From the NCBI RefSeq assembly GCF_004376175.1, contig NZ_SNUY01000013.1:756-32755 (forward strand): a stretch of DNA of 32,000 bases, read 5' to 3'. Positions 24,871 to 32,000 of this stretch are shown piece by piece. The position numbers and the translations under genes are program-made. The notes under the pieces were generated by a model, which was not told the origin of the DNA, made no database searches, and was given only the letters and a program-made list of their open reading frames with translations. This DNA comes from Halalkalibacterium halodurans. Lineage in GTDB: Bacteria; Bacillota; Bacilli; Bacillales; Bacillaceae_D. Within the stretch, counting starts at the first letter, position 1. Each line of letters begins with the position of its first letter.

Positions 24871-25052
24871 AAAGATCCCTCCTTTATTCATAATAGCTCT
24901 TCTCATTACTCATACCAATTTCTCGCCCGAATGAAACCTCTAAATGGATTCCCCTCCTACTACGAGTATTCCCTTATCGAGTAGAATATCCAATGATCAG
25001 ATTTGATTACCACCCAACCTTCATGCGTAATGTCTTAGGAGGAAATACGAAC

Positions 25053-25090
25053 CCCCCCTCATCTCACAGATTTTATGGAGATGAGGGGGG
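25053..25090 (-). terminator. Strong hairpin downstream of the CBS-domain gene
   Basis: 13-bp perfect stem 25053-25065/25078-25090 (cccccctcatctc/gagatgagggggg). The U-tract is weak on the minus strand and slightly better (tcttttc) on the plus strand. Confidence 0.6.
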
Positions 25091-25096
25091 TCTTTT

Positions 25097-25531
25097 CTAG
25101 GATAATCTTTCTTTTTTATGGAGATTTGTTTTTTCTAACAGCTCTTTGCAATAATTGATAATATCCCTTCTACGAATGATGCCAATAAAAATCCCTTGAT
25201 CATCAACAACCGGAACAAAGTTTTGTGCGATCGCAAGCGATAGTAGGTCATCAATCTCGGCATCGATGTGTACAGGTAAATTGACCATCTTTTGCTCAAT
25301 TTCCTTAAGGGATACACTTTCCGTGTTCTCAAACGTAAGGTTCGGCGTATGTTTCATTTTCCACAGTAAGTCACCTTCCGTGATCGTGCCTACATACTTT
25401 CCGTCCTTATCTAAAATCGGGATTGCCGTGTAATTATGATATTCCATCCGTTCGATCACTTGCCGCATCGTAGCATCTTCATTCATATAGACAACTTCGG
25501 CTTTTGGCAACAGGAAAAACGCAATTTTCAT
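25097..25531 (-). CDS. CBS-domain pair protein
   Basis: 144 aa with two CBS repeats (..YTAIPILDKDGKYVGTITEGDLL.. and ..FVPVVDDQGIFIGIIRRRDII..). aaggagg lies 7 nt upstream. Confidence 0.8.
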   Translation of the reverse strand: MKIAFFLLPKAEVVYMNEDATMRQVIERMEYHNYTAIPILDKDGKYVGTITEGDLLWKMKHTPNLTFENTESVSLKEIEQKMVNLPVHIDAEIDDLLSLAIAQNFVPVVDDQGIFIGIIRRRDIINYCKELLEKTNLHKKERLS

Positions 25532-25768
25532 GTCCCGCCCTCCTTATCTCCTCTTTTCATGAACTTGGCGCTGACGTCTTTTCGTTCTTCGTGTAAATGA
25601 CTAAGTTGACGTATCCCTTTAAAGCGTATCGTGGATCTTATGCTAATCTGTACCTATAGCTCACGACTCACCCCTTTGTACGCCCTTTCTATTATATCAT
25701 TTTACGATCATTGGTTTAGAAAAACGCTTTTTTTCTCCCTTTCTTGATGCAATCCTTCTATAAACGCT

Positions 25769-26615
25769 TCAGCAGCTAACGATAACGGCTGCCCCTTTAA
25801 CAATCCCAATCGTTCTCTGCTCAATTGGTTCCTTCATTTCTAGTGGTATCAGTTCTCCTTTTTTCAGCTCACGTAACACGAAGTCTTTCGTCACAAACGC
25901 AACGCCCATGCCCAATTTCACACACTCAATCAACAGTTCTACACTCCCTACTTCTATGTCAGGCTGTACATGAAGACCTTGCCGTTCAAATAGACGCTGG
26001 AGAAATTGTGTAGAGCTACTCGATTCTGAAAAAGTAATGAGTGGATAATCAAGCACCTCCTCTAGCAGCAGCGGACGCCCAGCCAACTCGCGGTTCTGCT
26101 CTCCTACGACAAATAGGCTCGAAATCGTTAAAAACGGTTGAATCTCGACATGACGCGCTTGTACTGGTAAATGAACAAAGCCAAAATCGATGGAGCTGTT
26201 GTCCAGCTTCTCGGTGATTTGCGGTGTGGAACCGTGCTGAAGGCGAATGTGAATGTTCGGATAGCGGGCCTGAAACCGCTGAATGGATGGCAAGACAAAA
26301 TACTTGAACGTTGAGTCACTGCCGCCGATTGTGACACGGCCCCCTTCAAGCTGTTTTAATTCTTGTAACAGTTGCTCCGCTTTATCAATACAGCCAAGCG
26401 CTTGCTGAATGTATGGAAAGATCGTTTCTCCCTCCCTTGTCAGTTCAACTCCTTTCGCATGTCGCGCAAATAATTGCACTTCCATTGTTTCTTCTAATTG
26501 CTTGATCGCGTGACTCACACTTGGCTGTGTAAATGTAAAGTTTAGCTGCCGCTTTTGAAAAGCTTTTTTCCGTTGCTGTCACATAAAACACACGGTATAA
26601 ATCCAAAGGACTCAG
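25769..26615 (-). pseudogene. LysR-family transcriptional regulator, frame-shifted inside the HTH
   Basis: ORF 25769..26518 begins within ..QPSVSHAIKQLEE.. The rest of the HTH (LDLYRVFYVTATEKSFSKAAAKLYI) lies upstream in a different frame. Removing one T from the minus-strand run acaTTTaca (plus 26531-26533) restores ..AAAKLYITQPSVSHAIKQLE.. No ATG or GTG start is present for the N-terminal piece. Confidence 0.75.
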
Positions 26616-26806
26616 GTTAAATGATCCTGGCTGTGTGGCAAAAACATGCCCAAATTATTTTCAGCTGCTAGAGCAACTCGGAGTCCAAGTACAATATCAA
26701 TAAGTGTTTCTTCACCATACGTCTTTAGGAAGGAGCGTATGGTGAAGCCATCCATTCCCCCTACATTTACTAGCAACTAAAAATATTCCGAATTATTTTT
26801 TAGTCT

Positions 26807-26832
26807 CCTTGTAGCCTTTTGTATCTTTCTGT
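26807..26832 (+). promoter_or_regulatory. Three 10-bp-phased hexamers upstream of the glnT-like gene (candidate GlnL operator)
   Basis: CCTTGT-agcc-TTTTGT-atct-TTCTGT at 26807-12, 26817-22 and 26827-32. The same architecture is found upstream of glsA at 31139-31164. Confidence 0.45.
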
Positions 26833-26966
26833 AGCTTTATTCTTATATTCTATATGTATCCTTTTTGGGTACATATATATTGAAAGCGCTTTCTAAAAGG
26901 GGGACCGTTCTGCTGAGATTGATCCTTAGACGACAAATCATCAGAAACTTTGAGAGGTGAATATTT

Positions 26967-28379
26967 TTGCTCGAAAAAATTATTGAACACGGTAATAATT
27001 TCCTATGGTCTTATCTTTTAATTGCATTGCTCGTTGGTTTAGGTGTTTTCTTTACGATTCGAACGAAATTTGCTCAAATCACAAACATAAAAGAAATGTT
27101 CCACTTAATGAAGGAGAGCCCTTCAACAAGTGACGGAAAAAAGCGCGTGTCCTCGTTTGGAGCCTTTTGTATTAGCGCGGCCTCACGGATTGGAACAGGT
27201 AACTTAGCAGGGGTTGCGATTGCGATTACCCTCGGTGGACCTGGAGCGATTTTCTGGATGTGGGTTGTTGCCATTTTCGGATCGGTTTTAAGCTTTATCG
27301 AGAGTACATTAGCTCAAGTGTATAAAGTGAAAGATAAAAATGGCTTTAAAGGTGGACCTGCCTACTATATGGAAAAAGCCCTCGGTCAAAGATGGTTAGG
27401 AATCACATTTGCCATCCTTATCACGTTTTGTTTTGGCCTTACGTTTAACTCTGTTCAAGCGAATACAATTTCAGCAGCCTTTGAAGAAGCATTTGGTTTC
27501 AATTCGGCTGTTATCGGAGTCGTGCTAGCCGTTGTTGTCGGTTTTGTTATCTTTGGCGGTGTTAAACGTATTGCGAAAGTCTCGCAAGTAGTCGTCCCTG
27601 TCATGGCGGGTTTTTATTTACTTCTTGCAGCCTATGTCGTGATTTTTAACATTGGCGAAGTCCCAGCAGTTTTTCAGTTAATCGTCTCAAGCGCGTTTGG
27701 ACTTGAACAAGCGATCGGAGGCGGAATTGGTGCCGCCATTATGAATGGTGTCAAACGTGGATTGTTTTCCAACGAGGCTGGGATGGGTAGTGCACCTGTC
27801 GCAGCCGCTACAGCGGATGTGAGCCACCCAGCGAAACAAGGATTTATTCAAACGCTCGGAGTATTTGTCGATACGCTCCTCATTTGTAGTGCAACCGCAT
27901 TTATTATTTTGTTAGCTGGAACCCCTGATGAAGGATTAAGCGGAATTCAAATTACTCAAGCGGCGCTAAGCAGTCATGTTGGTTCGTGGGCGACTTATTT
28001 TGTTGCATTCGCGATTCTCTTATTCTGCTTCAGCTCGATTATCGGTAACTACTATTACGGTGAATCAAACCTTGAATACATTAAAGAAAATAAGTCCGTC
28101 ATCTTCCTTTTCCGCTTGGCTGTCTTAGGAATGATCATCTACGGATCCGTTGAAAGCCTAGCGACGGTCTGGGATTTAGCCGACTTGTTTATGGCATTAA
28201 TGGCACTTGTGAACTTAGTAGCCCTTGCCCTCATCGGGAAAGTCTCCCTTGCCGTTCTGCAAGATTATCTGAAACAGAAAAAAGAAGGGAAAGATCCAGT
28301 CTTCTACTCTAGTAACATCGAAGGCTTAAAGCATACAGAATGCTGGGAAAAAGAAGAGGTTAAACGTAAAAACGCATAA
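26967..28379 (+). CDS. glnT: Alanine/glycine:cation symporter (AGCS) family amino-acid carrier, GlnT-like by context
   Basis: 470 aa with typical AGCS sequence (..FFTIRTKFAQI.., ..GTGNLAGVAIAI..GGPGAIFWMW.., ..RGLFSNEAGMGSAP..). It is adjacent to glnL-glnK and shares promoter repeats with glsA. The TTG start has gagaggtg upstream. Confidence 0.8.
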   Translation: MLEKIIEHGNNFLWSYLLIALLVGLGVFFTIRTKFAQITNIKEMFHLMKESPSTSDGKKRVSSFGAFCISAASRIGTGNLAGVAIAITLGGPGAIFWMWVVAIFGSVLSFIESTLAQVYKVKDKNGFKGGPAYYMEKALGQRWLGITFAILITFCFGLTFNSVQANTISAAFEEAFGFNSAVIGVVLAVVVGFVIFGGVKRIAKVSQVVVPVMAGFYLLLAAYVVIFNIGEVPAVFQLIVSSAFGLEQAIGGGIGAAIMNGVKRGLFSNEAGMGSAPVAAATADVSHPAKQGFIQTLGVFVDTLLICSATAFIILLAGTPDEGLSGIQITQAALSSHVGSWATYFVAFAILLFCFSSIIGNYYYGESNLEYIKENKSVIFLFRLAVLGMIIYGSVESLATVWDLADLFMALMALVNLVALALIGKVSLAVLQDYLKQKKEGKDPVFYSSNIEGLKHTECWEKEEVKRKNA

Positions 28380-28406
28380 TGTCAAAAAGAGGCTGGAATA
28401 AAACTA

Positions 28407-28603
28407 GCCAAACGTAATCAAAAGGTTCGGCTCATCAAAATATAATGATCCGAACCTTTTTTCTGTTCATTCATGGGATCGTCTATTGACCATACAATAT
28501 ACACATAACTAGACGGATTTTGCCAAGTTGATTGTTAAAATCACGAGACGCCTACGGCAAGCGAGTGGTTTTTGAAACAACGAATCCCCTATAAAATAAC
28601 TAC
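28407..28603 (+). repeat. Dispersed intergenic repeat, copy B (inverted relative to copy A at 10731-10956)
   Basis: It begins 27 nt after the glnT-like stop with gccaaacgtaatcaaaaggttcggctcat..atgatccgaaccttttttctgttcattcatggga and ends gcgagtggtttttgaaacaacgaatcccctataaaataactac. Confidence 0.75.
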
Positions 28604-28709
28604 CTTAATAACAAGACTAGGACTCACCGACCGTGAGTGCCAATCCTATTAACTGCGTTTTATCCTAGCCCCTTTTTCTTAATTAGGATCCTATATAAAA
28701 GTGCGTACA

Positions 28710-29648
28710 TTACCCTTTCTTCTCTTGCATCAATCGTTTCGCTTCGTAATATAACGCTTGGGTAAACTTCTTGACATTGATACGTGCCGACGTATAAGAA
28801 GAGCTTGTCTCGTTTTTCAACTCGGTCATTTTGCTGCGCACGACGGAAAAATCAAAGAAGTGGGACGCGTATTCTTCAAATTTCGGATTCGAAAAGTCGA
28901 TTAACCCTAACGAAGCCACGTGCTCCAATGATTGATATACGGCTCTTCTCACTCGTTGTTTCGCCGCTTTCACTTCCCTACGAACATCTCGTTCATCGGC
29001 AGCATCCCCTAGCTTCTCGCTCGCCAACTGTTCAAAAATTTCCTTCAACGCAGGGAGCCCTTTTTCAAATGAATATTCCTTCTCATATGTGTATAAAAAC
29101 ATGAGAATGTTCATTAAATCTTTACTTCCACTCTCCCCGGCAATCCCTAACTCCGATAACAAATACTGTCCATAGCTTTTAATCGAATCATCATGAAACA
29201 CTTGCTCGTTCACTTGTGTCGGTATGCTCCCTTGAAGGACATTGCTCAATGACTTTTGAATATCATAAAGGGATTGTTCAAGCCTCGTATGGTTGATGAC
29301 CTTACGAATAACCGACAGCACCTCAATTTTGTTAATTGGTTTCATAATGTAATGCTCAATCCCAAGCAGATAGGCCTCGCTGATTAATTCCTTTGATTCA
29401 ATTTGTGAGATCATAATGATTTTCCCTTTGAATTCAGGCTTAATCTTTTGAATCGCCTCTAATCCATCACAATTTGGCATGAGCAAATCAATTAATAAAA
29501 TATCTACTTGCTTTATATTTAATCGTTTTCCATCTAGCTCGCTTCCGTCCTCTGCCTCCCCTACGACTTGGCCTAATTGTTCATCCTCAATGATTTGAGC
29601 AAGAATTGAACGAACAGTCACATCATCATCTGTTATAAAAAAGTTCAT
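28710..29648 (-). CDS. glnL: Response regulator GlnL (REC domain plus YcbB-type C-terminal domain)
   Basis: The REC domain has the acidic pocket (FITDDD) and the phospho-acceptor context ILLIDLLMP. The long non-OmpR/NarL C-terminal domain is as in B. subtilis YcbB/GlnL. It lies 5 nt downstream of the kinase gene. Confidence 0.8.
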   Translation of the reverse strand: MNFFITDDDVTVRSILAQIIEDEQLGQVVGEAEDGSELDGKRLNIKQVDILLIDLLMPNCDGLEAIQKIKPEFKGKIIMISQIESKELISEAYLLGIEHYIMKPINKIEVLSVIRKVINHTRLEQSLYDIQKSLSNVLQGSIPTQVNEQVFHDDSIKSYGQYLLSELGIAGESGSKDLMNILMFLYTYEKEYSFEKGLPALKEIFEQLASEKLGDAADERDVRREVKAAKQRVRRAVYQSLEHVASLGLIDFSNPKFEEYASHFFDFSVVRSKMTELKNETSSSYTSARINVKKFTQALYYEAKRLMQEKKG

Positions 29649-29653
29649 TCCCT

Positions 29654-30967
29654 CTACTCCCTTTCAACGACATTTTTCATCGGCAATTGAATCGTAAACA
29701 CTGATCCTTTTCCTCCTTGGCCTCGTTCATAGACAACCGTTCCACCAAGCTTGTCAACCATATCATGTACATAGGTTAAGCCAATACCCGTTGAAGGCTT
29801 CCCTGTATGATCAAATTTAGACGTAAAGCCGGGTTTAAAGATAAGCGCTCGGTGCTTATCTGGGATTCCTGGGCCGTCATCTTCAATTCGAAATTCTACT
29901 GTCTGCCCTAACGCTTTGACACGGATCGTTAACATCCCTTTTCCGTCTATCGCTTCTACCGCATTGGCAACCAAATTGTTGATAATCGAGAGATGTGTGT
30001 AAATGTGGTAGGGTGGGTGCTCACCTTGAATGGAATAATGAAAATCAATCTCTTTTCCTAATAGCTGAGCGTATTTTTCATTTGTCCGCACAATCATTTT
30101 AATAATTTGCCCAATCTCAATATAGTCTACATAGCTTTCATTTGAGATAAGCTTTGACAAGCCCGCAAAAATTCGTTGATTGTCCTTTTTGATTTCGTGC
30201 ACTTCCCCTGAGATTTCCAATAGCCTTTTGCTTATTTTCTCTAAATGGGGATTCACTTGATCCATGTGCTCGCTTTGAAGTCGTTTCATTTCACGGTACA
30301 ACCCAAACACCTTACTCGTTATGTCTTCCGAGTTTTGTAGCGTCTTTTTTAAATGAACCGACTCCTCGTACAAATTAGAAATAAGCAACAGCATATGTTC
30401 ATTCCGCTTGCGTATTTCCAATTCACGCGACCTTGTTTCATATAGCTTCATCATGCTGAAAACACCTAGCACGATAAAGCTGTGGGAAAAAGCGATTAAT
30501 AAAATTTGGAAGATGGAATCCTTTGTCACCATGACACCAAATGCGAAATATTGCGCGATGAATTCAGCTGTATCGGCTAAAATCTCAATGATAATTCCAA
30601 ACAAAAAGATGATCAAAGGCTGCTCATGGAAACGCTGAACCTTTGCTAAAGAAAACAATAATGAGTACGTAAAATAAAAGAAAAAGGTCGGATAATGGAT
30701 CTCAAACGAATCCACCCAATAAAAATCAGCATGTAGTGTATCTAAAAAAACTCGAAACACAACGACAGCAACCGCTGTAAAAAAACCCGGAACGATTGCA
30801 GCCGTATTTCGCAAGAACAATAAAAATAAGAAGAAGATCGGTGGCCCTAAACTGACACGGAACGTTTCATTAACTGGATAAAAATTAATTTCTCCTGCAA
30901 TTGGTACAAACAACAACATCGAGAGGATAATCATATAATCTTTCGAAAGAAACGGACGAATGTTCAA
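29654..30967 (-). CDS. glnK: Sensor histidine kinase GlnK (YcbA-like; polytopic N-terminus plus HATPase_c)
   Basis: About 5-6 N-terminal TM helices are followed by a coiled region and an ATPase domain (..NNLVANAVEA.., DDGPGI, GIGLTYV). TTG start at 30967. Confidence 0.8.
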   Translation of the reverse strand: MNIRPFLSKDYMIILSMLLFVPIAGEINFYPVNETFRVSLGPPIFFLFLLFLRNTAAIVPGFFTAVAVVVFRVFLDTLHADFYWVDSFEIHYPTFFFYFTYSLLFSLAKVQRFHEQPLIIFLFGIIIEILADTAEFIAQYFAFGVMVTKDSIFQILLIAFSHSFIVLGVFSMMKLYETRSRELEIRKRNEHMLLLISNLYEESVHLKKTLQNSEDITSKVFGLYREMKRLQSEHMDQVNPHLEKISKRLLEISGEVHEIKKDNQRIFAGLSKLISNESYVDYIEIGQIIKMIVRTNEKYAQLLGKEIDFHYSIQGEHPPYHIYTHLSIINNLVANAVEAIDGKGMLTIRVKALGQTVEFRIEDDGPGIPDKHRALIFKPGFTSKFDHTGKPSTGIGLTYVHDMVDKLGGTVVYERGQGGKGSVFTIQLPMKNVVERE

Positions 30968-31138
30968 ACGATGTCACTTCCTATTATGTGAAAAATTCAG
31001 CATAACGCAATCCTTATGGCGGATACGTTTAGTTTTTATATTCCTGTAGTAACAGTGTAAAATCTCGTGAGTCCCTTGCTCTTTTCCTTTCTATATTGCC
31101 ATTACTTCTGTATAAAGTATATGAAAATTTTTGGTTCG

Positions 31139-31164
31139 AGCTGTAGTCTTCTGTTTCTTTCTGT
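31139..31164 (+). promoter_or_regulatory. Three 10-bp-phased hexamers upstream of glsA (candidate GlnL operator)
   Basis: AGCTGT-agtc-TTCTGT-ttct-TTCTGT at 31139-44, 31149-54 and 31159-64, about 60-85 bp upstream of the glsA ATG, in the glnK/glsA divergent region. Confidence 0.5.
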
Positions 31165-31225
31165 AGCCTCCATCATAGACTAGACTTACCAATATGTAAA
31201 CGCTTTCATTAATAGGGGGTCAGCT

Positions 31226-32000
31226 ATGCTTCAACAAAAACAATCGCTTCTTGAGCACAAGCCAGTCTTAAGTAAGGAGCTTGAAAAATTAGTCAACCAT
31301 TATCGCACTTTAAGCCTTAACGGTCAATGTGCCCAATACATTCCTGCTCTACGAGAAGCAAATCAAACAGACCTCGGCCTTTACGTCGTTCATTCGAACG
31401 GAATCGAAATCAAATCCGGTGATTGGCAAGTCCCTTTCACATTGCAAAGTATCTCAAAAATAATCAATTTTATCGCAGCTTGTCTCGATCGCGGGATCAC
31501 TTATGTGTTAGATCGAGTTGATGTGGAGCCTACTGGGGATCCGTTCAATTCCATGGTTCGTCTTGAAATGCGCAAAACAGGAAAACCATTCAACCCGATG
31601 ATCAATGCCGGTGCCATTACTGTCGCCTCTCTCCTTTCAGGGAAATCGCCAACGGAAAAGCTCGAATCAGTTTATTCGCTAGTTGAAAAAATGCTCGGAA
31701 GGCGAGCATCAGCCAATGAAGCCGTGTTCCACTCCGAATGGCAGACAGCTCATCGAAACCGCTCACTAGCGTATTATTTAAAGGATACAGGCTACTTAGA
31801 ATCTGAAGTGGGCGACGCCTTGCACGTGTATTTCACCCTATGTGCAATCGAAGTGGCGACAAAGGACATTGCCAAAATCGGACTCATTCTTGCAAACAAT
31901 GGGTATGATCCTCTCAGTCATCAACAGATCTTTCCGAAGGAAGTCGCGAAATTAACGAAAGCGTTAATGCTCACATGCGGGATGTACAATGCATCTGGAA
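31226..32000 (+). CDS. glsA: Glutaminase A, N-terminal about 258 codons (runs off the right edge; not in the ORF track)
   Basis: The ATG at 31226 lies 7 nt after aggggg. The translation MLQQKQSLLEH..QYIPALREANQTDLGLYVVHSNG..FTLQSISKIINF..VEPTGDPFNSM..FNPMINAGAI..AHRNRSLAYYLK.. carries the S-x-x-K and other class-A glutaminase motifs. The frame is open to base 32000. Confidence 0.9.
   Translation, partial: MLQQKQSLLEHKPVLSKELEKLVNHYRTLSLNGQCAQYIPALREANQTDLGLYVVHSNGIEIKSGDWQVPFTLQSISKIINFIAACLDRGITYVLDRVDVEPTGDPFNSMVRLEMRKTGKPFNPMINAGAITVASLLSGKSPTEKLESVYSLVEKMLGRRASANEAVFHSEWQTAHRNRSLAYYLKDTGYLESEVGDALHVYFTLCAIEVATKDIAKIGLILANNGYDPLSHQQIFPKEVAKLTKALMLTCGMYNASG

Noticed and set aside
1-32000. 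CRISPR arrays, tRNA/rRNA genes, prophage or defence-island gene sets.
   Set aside because: I saw no regularly spaced direct repeats, no tRNA-like T-arm/acceptor combinations and no rRNA-like segments. I recognised no nuclease/helicase/methylase-type ORFs. Every long ORF has an ordinary metabolic, transport, regulatory or IS assignment, or is a small membrane protein.

Overview
This is a chromosomal window from a spore-forming, Bacillaceae-type Firmicute. That assignment is an inference from gene content (YjcZ-type sporulation peptide, GlnK-GlnL/glsA module, tenA-thiXYZ pyrimidine salvage) and the strong GGAGG ribosome-binding sites. Most of the window is ordinary metabolism and transport. The recognisable units are tenA-thiZ-thiX-thiY, an MscS-family channel, a PAP2 phosphatase plus GT4 glycosyltransferase pair, and the futalosine-pathway genes mqnB-mqnD. 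Further along are a HAD phosphatase, a divergent MFS transporter and MocR-type regulator, htpX, a Gfo/Idh/MocA oxidoreductase, and a sodium:solute symporter with a small upstream membrane ORF. The window ends with a phasin-like protein plus UbiB/ABC1 kinase pair, a CBS protein, and a glutamine module (glnT-like, glnL, glnK, glsA). Three mobile-element features are present. The first is the 3' part of an IS110-family element at the left edge, with a roughly 400-nt ORF-free, strongly structured flank. The second is a complete IS3-family element at about 6619-8121, with orfA/orfB and an A_AAA_AAG frameshift site. The third is the IS630-family transposase remnant that abuts its right end. Two genes look broken by single-base frame shifts: the PAP2 phosphatase at an A7 run and a LysR regulator. 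No rRNA, tRNA or CRISPR array was found, and I saw no convincing novel multi-gene (for example defence) system. The observations most worth follow-up are as follows. (1) The candidate guide/bridge-type RNA downstream of the IS110-family transposase. (2) A dispersed intergenic repeat of about 200-225 bp, present twice in inverted orientation, each copy starting with a terminator hairpin directly after a gene. (3) 10-bp-phased CTGTAG/TTTTGT repeats upstream of both glsA and the glnT-like gene. (4) A UbiB-like kinase whose conserved N-terminus can only be reached from an ATT start. All structures, repeats and alignments were derived by eye. IS ends and start codons carry an uncertainty of a few bases to a few codons.
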